Positions 37,224-47,494 of a stretch of 64,000 nt of DNA are shown here, piece by piece. The notes under the pieces were generated by a model, which was given only the letters and a program-made list of their open reading frames with translations, made no database searches and was not told the DNA's origin. Source of the stretch: a virus. Its lineage: Duplodnaviria; Caudoviricetes. Location of the stretch: IMG/VR virus record IMGVR_UViG_3300027881_000012, positions 1,065 to 65,064 of that record; one strand, written 5' to 3'. The position numbers were made by a program, and so were the translations under genes. How positions within the stretch are numbered: the stretch's first letter is position 1; each line of letters starts with the position of its first letter.

Positions 37224-38795
37224 TTACTCCAATAGTCTGTTGCCGCCTGCCTCGGTTAGCCTTACGCCATCCCTGGCGGGATACGCTGTGCCAGCTTCAA
37301 GCAGCCGGACGGTTAATACCCTGGGAATATAATAGAGCGTGTCGCTGGTTTCATCGTTAAATACAGCGGTCGCGTAAAAATCCAGGGTGGTTACATAATC
37401 CACAAGTCCGCCCTCGATCTGCATGACCAGGGCGCCTTGATTGTCGTCATTCTCTCGGAAAAAGGCGAAATACTTTGAATCGTGTATCTCGGAATTCATC
37501 GAGGCCGGATCAAACTCTTTCCATTCCTCTTTCGTGAAAAATTCCTTTGATACCACTCGGCCATCGGTGGGCCCGCATAAATAAAGGCCGTCTGTGGTCG
37601 GAAATAAAACGCCCTGGGGGATTGAATCAATGCCCCTTTTAGAAAGGCATGGGTGCGGATCCGGAAATTTTTGAGGCTGCATGACGCTTGGCTCCGTACC
37701 ATAAATCACATACGGATTTTCTTCTGTGCCAACTACTAAGATATTGCCTATCGTTCCCAATCCAACTATCGGAAAATCGAGCGTTATTTGATAGGCTGTG
37801 GGCCAGGCATGCACAAAATTAGCCTCTGAAAAATAGATATTTTTGCCCACAAAGCCGGCGAAAAACCGGCCCAGGGATACAAGACCGATCATTCCATCGG
37901 GCGGGGGCTGGTTGTTTTGAGAAGATAAAGCCTCGGCCAGCTCGGTATCCAGCTTTGTATCGGTGTAAGTTGTGCTTGCCTGTGGGATCTGCGTAACAAA
38001 TTGATATTGAGCGAATGTATCGCCGGTGTTTACTCGATAGATCCGCTTGCCGCCGCCGGATCCGTAAAGGATCTCCTTTTTATAGGCTCTCCATAGCACT
38101 GTGCCGTCTGTGGTATCAGCGTCAACAACTGTGCCCCAGGTTGGTTCTCCGCCGCCGGAAGTGCCCGCCTGCACACATTTATAAACGTGATCCACCAGGG
38201 CTGTGGGCACTATCCAATCTTCGGTCGTGTATGCTGTGGCGCTCTGCCAGACTAAAGACATACCGGTTAAAAAGACTTGTTGGGCCTGTAATGCTGTAAC
38301 CGTGTTGGATCCGGCCGAGGGCGGACCTTCTTCACCCCAGGAAGTTACGACGGTCCACACATAGGCCACTACCCGCGCATCTCCGGATCCGCCGGCGCCC
38401 AGGGCTGCCACTGGCGCCACTGCCGGCGTCGGCACTCCCATTGGATAAAAATTGATCGGCATATCGCCGGCGCCTGTGGTGGCCTCGGTTTCGTTTGTCT
38501 TTTTCGGGATCCCATCGCCGGTATAATACAATTTGTTTTCAGTATCGCCCGCGATCGGCCCAGGCAAAACATCTACGTCGGCATCCCAGGTTAGCCAATA
38601 TTGTGAAAGATATAGATAAATGGTGCGGACCAGCTCGCCGGTTTCCGCCGTATCGGCTAAAAGCTGATTAGCCCAGGGCCTTAAATGCCCCTGGGTAATC
38701 TTGACCATTCGCGCTATTTGAGCCTCATTAGGCTCTAAAAGGCTGGCGCCTACTCGCGGCCGGATGCCTCTAAATACTTGAATTTGCTCTCGCAT
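37224..38795 (-). CDS. Tail nozzle/stabilisation (tubular B-like) protein
   Basis: F.G..PR....LL...AQ.A; YVWT.VT.WGEEGPPS; FSE....HAWP..Y; PC.SKR. Confidence 0.7.
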   Translation of the reverse strand: MREQIQVFRGIRPRVGASLLEPNEAQIARMVKITQGHLRPWANQLLADTAETGELVRTIYLYLSQYWLTWDADVDVLPGPIAGDTENKLYYTGDGIPKKTNETEATTGAGDMPINFYPMGVPTPAVAPVAALGAGGSGDARVVAYVWTVVTSWGEEGPPSAGSNTVTALQAQQVFLTGMSLVWQSATAYTTEDWIVPTALVDHVYKCVQAGTSGGGEPTWGTVVDADTTDGTVLWRAYKKEILYGSGGGKRIYRVNTGDTFAQYQFVTQIPQASTTYTDTKLDTELAEALSSQNNQPPPDGMIGLVSLGRFFAGFVGKNIYFSEANFVHAWPTAYQITLDFPIVGLGTIGNILVVGTEENPYVIYGTEPSVMQPQKFPDPHPCLSKRGIDSIPQGVLFPTTDGLYLCGPTDGRVVSKEFFTKEEWKEFDPASMNSEIHDSKYFAFFRENDDNQGALVMQIEGGLVDYVTTLDFYATAVFNDETSDTLYYIPRVLTVRLLEAGTAYPARDGVRLTEAGGNRLLE

Positions 38796-38806
38796 GGATA
38801 AACCCT

Positions 38807-40345
38807 CTAAGTTTTCCCAAAAATTTTAAGAGTCGGCTTCATGTCATTGGGATGGTTGTCCAACCTTGAAGCTGTGGTTGTATTCTTCGGGGCCGTCATC
38901 GGCGGTGGGTTGGATATAAAATCATTGTCATAATCCCTCATGCAAATAATTAAGGTGCCAATGCCAACATAACTTTCAACCAAATTTATGCCGTAATCGT
39001 TAAACCAAAAATCGTGGCGGTTGTTAAACACAAAAGGGCCAACTTGATCCGCTAAAAGCTGTCCGGCAACCGCGCCATAATCCCCCACTGTGAGCGGTGG
39101 TCCGCCGGCGCTGCTCTGTTGAATACATCTTGCATTATTGGTTGAAACGATTTTGCACTGGACAGCTAAAAGCACTTCTCGAACATCTGTGATCGTAATG
39201 CCGCTCAAATCAAAATACATAAAAGTTCGAGCGATATTATAATTAAAAGCGCCCACATTACTTCTGTAACTTTGCTGGGTGCTGCTGGTCAGCGTGGTGA
39301 ATACGCTTTGACCGGTGGCCGCGTTTCTAACCGCGTCATAATCCGGACCGGAGGGCCCATGAATGTGTCCATCGGCTATCGGTATCACTTCCTCTTTTTC
39401 ACAATCAAAAAATTCAAGATTGCTCAATGCCACCTTGCCGCTAACAAATCCGCTCATATCAAATCTGCTAATATCAGCATCAAAGGGTGCTGGTGTGTGG
39501 GCTGGTAGATGATCGCTCGGAATTTCATACATTCTGCCGGTCGGGCCCACTTTAAGATTAGGAAAATTAACCATCTCGACCAGGGGCTCTTTTCGTAATG
39601 TAACATTTGTAAATCCCTCAACCGGCCGATATACTTTCATTAGCTGCGGCCGGTATCCATCCGACCAGATGCCTATCGGTAGTATCTGTAAGAAAGTGTC
39701 GGGCGGGTTATTTTCCCACTGGCTGCCGGTCCAAATTGCCGAGCCTGCATCCGGCTCCCAAAAAGTGTCATCAAATTGCTGCGCCCAACATGGCGGAGTG
39801 GTCACAAGCCAGACTTTAGAAAGAAAAGATCCGGTCGGGTTTACAAATTCTTCCTGTGGAAGACAGGGCTCGCCAGCGATTAAATGCCAATAAGGGCTAA
39901 CAGCATCAAAGCTCTGCCACCAGCGGACCGCGCAGCCGGCGAATTGAAAAACCTTTTCGCCGGCATAATTCGGACTTAAAACGGCGTTGGGGTTAAAATC
40001 TACTTGCCTGGTGCCGTCGGGTTGAAAGCAGGCGTTATAATGGTCCGCGTGAGTCGATATAAAAAGCAGAGTGCCTGCCGGCCAATCCATTGAGCTGGTG
40101 CCGCCCTGGCCTCGAATAACTTTCAAATATTTGTCTGTGGTGCCCGAAAAGCTATTTATGAGATCTATTGCGACAATCTCGCGCTCGATCGGGCCTCTTA
40201 GGATCGCATACATGAGATCGCCGGACCGCGCATTTGATCGCATGAAAGAGTTAAAGTCTGGCCAGGGGATCCGGAGCTCGGTTTCTGAATCAGTGACCGG
40301 AAAAGTTAAATGTGATACTCCGCGATTATTAAATAGAAAACTCAT
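38807..40345 (-). CDS. Tail spike/receptor-binding protein, paralogue 1
   Basis: Shared FNNR.VSHL...REIV...RGQGGT N-module; C-terminal RTFMYFDLSGI (DNRLRE-like). Confidence 0.6.
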   Translation of the reverse strand: MSFLFNNRGVSHLTFPVTDSETELRIPWPDFNSFMRSNARSGDLMYAILRGPIEREIVAIDLINSFSGTTDKYLKVIRGQGGTSSMDWPAGTLLFISTHADHYNACFQPDGTRQVDFNPNAVLSPNYAGEKVFQFAGCAVRWWQSFDAVSPYWHLIAGEPCLPQEEFVNPTGSFLSKVWLVTTPPCWAQQFDDTFWEPDAGSAIWTGSQWENNPPDTFLQILPIGIWSDGYRPQLMKVYRPVEGFTNVTLRKEPLVEMVNFPNLKVGPTGRMYEIPSDHLPAHTPAPFDADISRFDMSGFVSGKVALSNLEFFDCEKEEVIPIADGHIHGPSGPDYDAVRNAATGQSVFTTLTSSTQQSYRSNVGAFNYNIARTFMYFDLSGITITDVREVLLAVQCKIVSTNNARCIQQSSAGGPPLTVGDYGAVAGQLLADQVGPFVFNNRHDFWFNDYGINLVESYVGIGTLIICMRDYDNDFISNPPPMTAPKNTTTASRLDNHPNDMKPTLKIFGKT

Positions 40346-40348
40346 GCT

Positions 40349-41869
40349 TTAAGGCCCGTTATCCCAAAAATCCATTTGTGAAATTCTAAAGGGCAGTGGT
40401 GCCCACATTCTAATACCCGCTATGTCCACCCAATCATTCAAATTAAATCTGTACCAATCAATTCGCCTGGAAAACCAATCATTAAACGCGCTCATTTTCA
40501 TACCGATTTTGAGGTATCCGGCTGTGACCAGCCAGGGAACAGGACCGCTGGGCCCCTCCGATATATAAAGTTCGAGCCTATCAAAAGTTATATCGGCGCT
40601 GTATTCAGTAAATCTCACATATTGCAGGCGCCGGCCCCAATCCGGTGGCGGGCTCGGATAATTCGGGCAGGCGGTCCGGTTGTCAATCGTGCCTGGATTA
40701 ATATACATCTGTAAATTTAAAATATACTTGCCGCCTAAAAAGCCTGGATCAAAGGAGCTTACCCATCCAGGCGGAGTGCCGCCGCCGCCGGTGCCCCAGG
40801 TGCCCTGGCCGGCTACCGGAGTCCAGCATATCTGATTATTTAAGGATTTCCATAAATCTGTTTGATCGGCATCGGCTACCTCGATTAATGTAATTTGGTT
40901 GCTGGCGCCGGTGCCGGTCCATACTCGGATCCCATAAATCTCATCACTCGTATATCCTGGGTCACAAGTCGGTAATTCAAATTCAATATCGGCGCCGGAT
41001 GCCACATTTAAAAATGTCTTTGTGCATAATTGCCATCCTGGCGGGCCTGGGCCCATATCAATTTCCACCCTGGGCAAAACAGAGGCATTGCCGGTATAAA
41101 TTCTTAGGCCTCGGATATTAACGGCTGAAATCGGCCAATTTGCTCTTAGATCCGGTCCGCCGTTTCGATAAACATCAAAAGTATGGATCAAATTAGGCGG
41201 ATCATCATTATTTGATTGCCAATAATATTGAGGGTTAATAAAACTTTCGTGGCCGTCTGGCTGCCAATATTGCGGGCCGGTCGGGTATCGCTCCTTTGTG
41301 ATCGGTAGCCAAGTTGGAATAATCGCCGGTGCAGGGATCCACACATCTGAAATAAAAAAACCGGTCGGATTTTCAAAGAGCTCGCCCGCGCATGGCTCGC
41401 CGGCTATTAGGTGCCAGTAAGGATCAACCGGCGTAATTGCTTGCCACCATCGGACCGCGCAGCCAAGATCTTGCATGATCTTCTCGCCGGCATAATCAGG
41501 CGATATAACGCCATTGGGATTAAAGCCCACTGTGCGCTCATTTCCGCGCTGTATGATCGAGCTGTAATGGTCCGCTGTGGTTGATAAATATAAGAGTGTG
41601 CCAGCTGGCCAATCTTGCGCCACTGTGCCGCCCTGGCCGCGTTCACATACCAGGTATTGATCCGGCGGATAATTACTTTCATCCGGAATAATCTTGACAA
41701 TCTCGCGCTCGATCGGACCGCGCAAAATGCAAAACATAAAGGCGTCGGCGCCGGAGCCAAATCTATTGAATTGCTCAAAATCAGCTAATGGGATCCGGAG
41801 CTCGGTTTCAGTGTCAGTGATCGCCTTTTCCAGGTGCGACACTGCGCGATTATTAAAGATAAAGGGCAT
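40349..41869 (-). CDS. Tail spike/receptor-binding protein, paralogue 2
   Basis: Same roughly 175-aa N-module, unrelated W/P/G-rich C-terminus. Confidence 0.6.
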   Translation of the reverse strand: MPFIFNNRAVSHLEKAITDTETELRIPLADFEQFNRFGSGADAFMFCILRGPIEREIVKIIPDESNYPPDQYLVCERGQGGTVAQDWPAGTLLYLSTTADHYSSIIQRGNERTVGFNPNGVISPDYAGEKIMQDLGCAVRWWQAITPVDPYWHLIAGEPCAGELFENPTGFFISDVWIPAPAIIPTWLPITKERYPTGPQYWQPDGHESFINPQYYWQSNNDDPPNLIHTFDVYRNGGPDLRANWPISAVNIRGLRIYTGNASVLPRVEIDMGPGPPGWQLCTKTFLNVASGADIEFELPTCDPGYTSDEIYGIRVWTGTGASNQITLIEVADADQTDLWKSLNNQICWTPVAGQGTWGTGGGGTPPGWVSSFDPGFLGGKYILNLQMYINPGTIDNRTACPNYPSPPPDWGRRLQYVRFTEYSADITFDRLELYISEGPSGPVPWLVTAGYLKIGMKMSAFNDWFSRRIDWYRFNLNDWVDIAGIRMWAPLPFRISQMDFWDNGP

Positions 41870-42315
41870 TAAGGCGCCTCAGTTATTCCCATTTCCAGCC
41901 AATTCATACCGCTTGTGTGTTTCCACCACTTACCATTTACCGAGTTGTAGACTTCCTCGCCAAAATAATTGGCTGCCAGGGATCCGTCCGGATCCTCGGT
42001 CACAACTCGATTTTCGCCTTTCTGGAAAAAGAGCTCTAACAGCTCGCCGCTCATTCGGAGCTCAAAAGCTGAACCGGTGTCAAACGATTGCGGGCTGGCC
42101 GATCTAATCACTGTGCAAATATCTCCGGCGCGATCGGTGCAAGTTACCCACTCACTTTTTGAGCCCTCGAGTATAATCGCCAGGAATTGCTCGCCAGCTC
42201 CCAGGGTAGGAAACAGGGCGCCGTCGCCGGCCTCTAATGTGATCGACGTATCGCCGGCGCCGATCGCATTTTCCAGCTTACCCTCGGCATTGTTTTCAAA
42301 TTTGTAAACAGGCAT
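41869..42315 (-). CDS. Stand-alone fibre N-terminal attachment module, paralogue 3
   Basis: FENNAEG.L...I...DTSITL..GDG..FP; shares QKGENRVV..DPDG.L..NY.GE.V. Confidence 0.6.
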   Translation of the reverse strand: MPVYKFENNAEGKLENAIGAGDTSITLEAGDGALFPTLGAGEQFLAIILEGSKSEWVTCTDRAGDICTVIRSASPQSFDTGSAFELRMSGELLELFFQKGENRVVTEDPDGSLAANYFGEEVYNSVNGKWWKHTSGMNWLEMGITEAP

Positions 42316-42325
42316 AATTTACCTC

Positions 42326-43048
42326 TTAAAAATCAATGTATCTGGTTGTGAGAATATCCCTGGTCCGGTGCCTCACAAATCCGGAAAACTTCTTTTGCCT
42401 GGCCCCTAAAAAGGATTCTTCAAAACCCACTCCATGAGCACTGGCCAGATCCGGATTAGTCCAGGGCTTATTTCCAATCAACAGTAGATCCGATAAGGCG
42501 CCGGCCATGATAATCTCTTTATAGTGAGTCCATAGGATTTTAGGCACTGTTTCGGCCCATTCGAAAGGCATGATATTGATCCAGACTTTAAGGCCGGCCG
42601 TTATATCTACGTCCGGAATGTAAGTTAAACGCATCTTTAAGGCCTGGCCTACCCAAGCCGCGTCGGGATCATCGGCCGTTTGGCTGCGCCAATCGTCGCG
42701 CTCCAATGGGTTTGCATCGATGGCCAGCTCAGATATTACCTTTTTCCGGTAAAAAGTATCGGTGCCGGACGCATCGCTCATAATTTCATAATGATCGAGG
42801 CTCACCATTTCGCCCAGGGGGCTTGCCAGATCATACTCGGCCTGGTCAGAATTGATATTTAACAGTTCCAGCTCGACGGTCCAGAGCTCAGTTTCCCTAA
42901 AAAAAGTCCTGGCCGCGTCTAAAATGGCCTCTTTAATCTTAGGGTTTGGGCACATCGGCACGTTTGGCCAAATATGATTATACCAATTTGAAACAGGCAC
43001 AAAGCCAGTGCCTACCGGAGTTACCGGCGTTCCTTGTGTTAAACCCAT
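42326..43048 (-). CDS. Head-tail adaptor (tubular A-like) protein
   Basis: CP...I..A..DAA..F..ET.LW; I.AGAL..L......PW.NPDLA. Confidence 0.65.
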   Translation of the reverse strand: MGLTQGTPVTPVGTGFVPVSNWYNHIWPNVPMCPNPKIKEAILDAARTFFRETELWTVELELLNINSDQAEYDLASPLGEMVSLDHYEIMSDASGTDTFYRKKVISELAIDANPLERDDWRSQTADDPDAAWVGQALKMRLTYIPDVDITAGLKVWINIMPFEWAETVPKILWTHYKEIIMAGALSDLLLIGNKPWTNPDLASAHGVGFEESFLGARQKKFSGFVRHRTRDILTTRYIDF

Positions 43049-45525
43049 TAGCTCACTACCTCCGTATCCGGATTTTCAAAGTTAAAGCCACTTTTCTGGC
43101 TCCATAAATAGTAAGTGCCGGCATCCAGGTAAAATGTCACATTTCCGAAAGCATCGGTTTTGCCGCTGGCTACCACATTTGCGCCTGGTTCATCGGTCGT
43201 TACCCAAACGTCAACATCACCGATCGGATTTCCGCTTACCTGGTTTGTCACGTTATAGACAAAGGTAAGTGCGCCCGCCGGCGGACCGCCGCCCACTGCT
43301 GCCAGGATTAAGGCCGTATCATCTAAAATATCGCTGGTATCGCTCAAAATGGCCGCTGTGTCTGTGAGTATATCGCCGGTATCCACAAGAACATCGTCAA
43401 CGTCACTCTGCATGGCCGTTATGCTGGCCGGAATTGTGGTGCCAGTGTCCACCAGGATAGCATCGACGTTGCCATCCACTGTGGCCAGTGCCGCCGCTGT
43501 GGCCAGGGTGGCCAGGGTGGCGGGTAGGCTTGTACCGGTGTCAACCAGGATCGCGGTTGTATCTGCCAGGATCAAGGCTAAATCGCTCATGGCGCCTGCA
43601 TCCGGTATCAAGTCGGTCACTGCCTTTATGGCGTCGATATTACTGTCAATAGTGGTCAAGGCGCCTGCGTCTGGCAGTAGGTCGGTCACTGCCTTAATCG
43701 CGTCGACCACTGTATCGACCGTCGCCAGGGCTGCCGAGGTAGCAAGCCCGCTCACATCGGCCTTGTAATCGTTTAAGGTTGCGCTCGGCACTCCTATTTG
43801 ATTCTTGCCTCCAAAGGTGGTGCCGCCGGTGTGTCCGGAAATGGCTTCATCCCAAACGGCCGCCGCTACCACTGCCGCGCTCGGTGGGGTGCCTCCGCCG
43901 TCGGTCTGGCCCTCTAAACTATCGGTGGCCCGCGCAAAGGTCTGGCTGCCGTCTTTGTTCATAATCAGATCAATGAGGGTGTCGGCCACTGGATCGCCGG
44001 TCGGGTGTGCCACTTTCGCCAGGTGGTCAAGATCATTGGTTTCTAAGACGGTTTGAATATCGGAGCTGGAAAGGTTGTTTAAGAGTGCGATCGAGGCCGC
44101 TGTGGCCAGCAAGGAATGTTGCCCCGATAAGGTCGCGTGTTCTGCTGGTAGCGTCGTGCCGGTGTCGGTCAAGATCAAAGCCAGGTCAAGCAGCTGGCCG
44201 GAGTCTGGCAGGGCATCGGTAATAAGTTTGATTGCATCGACTACGCTATCCACTGTGGCCAGGGCTGCCGAGGTCGCCAGAGCTGAAACATCGGCCTTGT
44301 AATCTGCCAGTGTTTCAGAGGGCACCACTTTTTGATTCTTTCCGCCAAATTTAGTGCTGGTTGTGTGATCTGCAATATCTTCATCCCATACCGCGTCTGC
44401 CACTTGGGCCGCTGTCGGTGCGGTGCTTTCGCCGTCTGAAATGGCCTCTAATGAATCGTCGGCCCTATCAAAAGTCTGCGAGCCGTCTTTATTCATAACC
44501 AGGTCAAAGATCGTGCTCGCAACCGGATCCCCTGTGGGATGGGCAATTTTAAGCAGATGATCCAGATCGTTTGTTTCAAGCACTGTCTGAACATTGGCCG
44601 CGCTTAGATTTTCTAAGGCTCCTATCTGCGCCGGCAAAGTCGTGCCGGTATCGGTCAAAATCAATGCCAGATCTAAGAGCTGGCCGGAGTCCGGCAAATT
44701 GTCGGTAACTGCCTGGATCGCATCCACAACCGTATCGACGGTATCCAGCTTGCCGTCATGGGTAGCCAGGGCCGCCGCTGTGGCTAAGAGTGCGTGTTCG
44801 GCCGGCAAAGTTGTTCCAGTGTCGACCAGGATAGAATCGATATTGCCGTCAATCGTGGTCAGAGCTCCGGCATCCGGTAGCAGATCTGTGACCGCCTTAA
44901 TGGCGTCGACTACGGTATCGACGGTATCGAGCTTGCCGTCATGGGTGGCCAGGGCTGCCGCTGTGGCTAATGCGGAGTGCTCGGCCGGCAAAGTGGTGCC
45001 GGTATCGACTAAAATCGAATCCACAATGCCGTCGACCACTGCCAGGGTGGCCTCTAATGCCAGGGCGGAAACGTCGGCTTTATAATCCGCGATCGTTTCA
45101 GACGGCACAACCTTTTGATTTTTCCCGCCAAATTGTGTAACCGTCGTATGATCCGCGATCGGTTCATCCCATACCGCGTCTGCGATCTGGCCCACTGTCG
45201 GCGCTGTGCCTGCCGCGCCAATCTGCAAGGCGTGGCTTAACGTGCCCTCGGTGCTGTTCACTGTGGCCGAGATATAAATGCTATACGACTTGCCATCCTC
45301 AAAACCGCTGGCCGCTGTGAGCTGGATCCGCTCGGAATAATAGCCGGCCGTGTTTGCGCTATCTAATAGCGCCATAACGCCGGTCAAGATCGGTGTGCCG
45401 GTTTCATCCTCATACACGCGATAGCTCGGCACTGCGTCGGCGTCGGTGGCTGCGCCGGTTTCCGGATCGTGCGTGTTACAGGTGAATGTCACAAAATCGT
45501 CTATTTCCCATTTTCCTAAATTCAT
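43048..45525 (-). CDS. Repeat-rich virion fibre protein
   Basis: AVWDE...H....FGGKNQ...YKADVS x3; ETNDLDHL...KDGSQTF x2; many ILxDTGTTLPA repeats. Confidence 0.7.
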   Translation of the reverse strand: MNLGKWEIDDFVTFTCNTHDPETGAATDADAVPSYRVYEDETGTPILTGVMALLDSANTAGYYSERIQLTAASGFEDGKSYSIYISATVNSTEGTLSHALQIGAAGTAPTVGQIADAVWDEPIADHTTVTQFGGKNQKVVPSETIADYKADVSALALEATLAVVDGIVDSILVDTGTTLPAEHSALATAAALATHDGKLDTVDTVVDAIKAVTDLLPDAGALTTIDGNIDSILVDTGTTLPAEHALLATAAALATHDGKLDTVDTVVDAIQAVTDNLPDSGQLLDLALILTDTGTTLPAQIGALENLSAANVQTVLETNDLDHLLKIAHPTGDPVASTIFDLVMNKDGSQTFDRADDSLEAISDGESTAPTAAQVADAVWDEDIADHTTSTKFGGKNQKVVPSETLADYKADVSALATSAALATVDSVVDAIKLITDALPDSGQLLDLALILTDTGTTLPAEHATLSGQHSLLATAASIALLNNLSSSDIQTVLETNDLDHLAKVAHPTGDPVADTLIDLIMNKDGSQTFARATDSLEGQTDGGGTPPSAAVVAAAVWDEAISGHTGGTTFGGKNQIGVPSATLNDYKADVSGLATSAALATVDTVVDAIKAVTDLLPDAGALTTIDSNIDAIKAVTDLIPDAGAMSDLALILADTTAILVDTGTSLPATLATLATAAALATVDGNVDAILVDTGTTIPASITAMQSDVDDVLVDTGDILTDTAAILSDTSDILDDTALILAAVGGGPPAGALTFVYNVTNQVSGNPIGDVDVWVTTDEPGANVVASGKTDAFGNVTFYLDAGTYYLWSQKSGFNFENPDTEVVS

Positions 45526-45531
45526 GGCTAT

Positions 45532-46578
45532 TTACCTCACTATTCGGTTTCCAAATACAAGCGCGTCGGGTTCTCGATCGCTCATAATTGGATATGGTGA
45601 AAAATATTCATCAAAGCCTATATCCCAAGTCCAGGCCGCTATCCTGGTCCGGAAATCAATATCATCGTCAAAGGCATAATCGCCATCGGCGCTCAGATCC
45701 GCGCCAAAATCCCTGGCGCCGGCGTCGTTTATATCAAGATGCCAATCATCGGAGCCCGCATTTCTAAAGGTAAATGTTTGGTTTATTCTCTCGTTTACGC
45801 CTGGCGCGGTCGCATCTTCCGAGGCGTTATTAGTTGAATTTGTTTCATCAAACTCGCCGCCGGTTTCAAAATCCTCGCCGCCGTTGCCGTATGCCAGGCA
45901 ATTTTTAAGCACAATATTAGCGGTGCCGTCGCTGTTCGAACTAAGAAATCCATCTTGCCCGTTGTTAATCGCACAACAATTATAGAGATAAACAAACAAT
46001 CCACTGCCAGGCCTCGGGTCATATCCAAATCTATCGGTATCTTGCACCAGGCAATTTATAAAAAAGTTGTCCTCGCCGGCTAACATCATCCCCCTGCCAG
46101 CTGAAAGGCCTCCGTCTGCGTGGTGCTGAATTACTCCTACTGCTGCCTGAAATGTGCCTGGATCTTCCATTCTTAGGCTAAAATTATTTTGATCCGCTCT
46201 CGTATAGCCTATGATTAGATCCTGTAATTGGTAATTGTCCTCGTCGCTGTCAAAAACAATATCATCGCCGGTAGAGTGGATATATACGCCGTTATTAGGT
46301 GTTCCATCGTGGCCTTGCCATGAGGCCTGGCCCTTTACTCCGGCCGGTCGGATTATTCTAAAATAGGTTGAATTCGCTGTTGCTCCGCTCACCTTTACAA
46401 AATCGTCAAAGCTGGCCGCATCGTCGTAAAGTTCGAGCACTTCCGATTGGGCCGCTGAAATGAGATCCAAATCGCTGGCCGCCTCCCAGGTGCTTAAAAC
46501 AGTGAAATCGCGGCCAAATCCGCCGGCGCCATAAGTGGAAATGTTCTCATTGGTGGCTACTTTTCGTGAAGATGCCAT
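45532..46578 (-). CDS. Right-handed beta-helix (pectin lyase-like) virion protein
   Basis: Repeated NC-x motifs; NNASEDATAPG; WDIGFDE terminal motif. Confidence 0.65.
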   Translation of the reverse strand: MASSRKVATNENISTYGAGGFGRDFTVLSTWEAASDLDLISAAQSEVLELYDDAASFDDFVKVSGATANSTYFRIIRPAGVKGQASWQGHDGTPNNGVYIHSTGDDIVFDSDEDNYQLQDLIIGYTRADQNNFSLRMEDPGTFQAAVGVIQHHADGGLSAGRGMMLAGEDNFFINCLVQDTDRFGYDPRPGSGLFVYLYNCCAINNGQDGFLSSNSDGTANIVLKNCLAYGNGGEDFETGGEFDETNSTNNASEDATAPGVNERINQTFTFRNAGSDDWHLDINDAGARDFGADLSADGDYAFDDDIDFRTRIAAWTWDIGFDEYFSPYPIMSDREPDALVFGNRIVR

Positions 46579-47036
46579 TATAAATATGCTCCGGTCACTT
46601 TATCGAAAATAAGGCCCTCATGGGAAAGGGGCCCCATATCGGTTAGCCATAAATGATCGTCTTGATCCAGGGTATAAAATGGCTGGTAATCGTCGGCTGT
46701 ATCTCGGATCCTGGCCAGATTAATGGTAGGTGCTACTTGTAAGAGTCTGGCCAGGGGCACACAAAATCGCTTTTTATCGAACCTGGTTTTAGCGTCGTTA
46801 TATTGGCCGGTGGGATCAAAGGGCTCATATACCGGCGTATTTAAAATGGAATATTCGTTTGCTTCAAGGCCCTCGATTAAAAGCCATAAAAACTGGCTGG
46901 CCTCTTTTAATCCTATGCCGACCTGGGGCTTGCGCACTCCGCAAATATCGCCCTCTTGGATCCTTTCGGGCACTCTTGACTCTACCGCGATCGCAATCTC
47001 AGCGATCGGATAGGCTCTCGGGATAAAGGTTGTCAT
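46578..47036 (-). CDS. Hypothetical structural-region protein
   Basis: Coupled ORF in the late operon. Confidence 0.65.
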   Translation of the reverse strand: MTTFIPRAYPIAEIAIAVESRVPERIQEGDICGVRKPQVGIGLKEASQFLWLLIEGLEANEYSILNTPVYEPFDPTGQYNDAKTRFDKKRFCVPLARLLQVAPTINLARIRDTADDYQPFYTLDQDDHLWLTDMGPLSHEGLIFDKVTGAYL

Positions 47037-47483
47037 TTAATCATCCTCGCTCATGCGGTTAAGCATGGCCGTTTTGAGCTGCGCCAGGGTGCGATCGGGC
47101 AGGCTTTGAGTTGCCCTTAAAATATTGATCTCATCTTTGAGAATATCGGCAAAGGCCACCATCATTTTTCTAAATCGCGGGTGGTTTTCGAATAGATCCC
47201 TGGCGCCGTCGCGGTCCATTATGTTTTCGTCGGCCGTTTCCGCCGCTGCAAAGGCGGTTATTTCCGGAGCTGTGGCATTTCTGCAATCGCCGCCATCGAT
47301 GATTTTTGCAAAGCCAAGCACTCTTAGCGGACCGTCGCCGCCCTGGCGGAGCTCGGTGCCATCCGGAAAATTGGGATCTGTGGCCACTGCCCAATAGTTC
47401 GAATCCCTTTGATCGAATGTTTGATTAGTCGGTGAGATCTTGAAAACCTCGCCGCCATTTGATCGATATAATACGGTTGTCAT
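47037..47483 (-). CDS. Hypothetical structural-region protein
   Basis: AAGGAG SD; DEINILR...LPDRTL.QLK C-terminus. Confidence 0.65.
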   Translation of the reverse strand: MTTVLYRSNGGEVFKISPTNQTFDQRDSNYWAVATDPNFPDGTELRQGGDGPLRVLGFAKIIDGGDCRNATAPEITAFAAAETADENIMDRDGARDLFENHPRFRKMMVAFADILKDEINILRATQSLPDRTLAQLKTAMLNRMSEDD

Positions 47484-47494
47484 GGTTTGCTCCT

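Noticed and set aside
43048-45525. CRISPR-like repeat array
   Set aside because: Repeats are in-frame coding repeats with synonymous variation and no unique spacers
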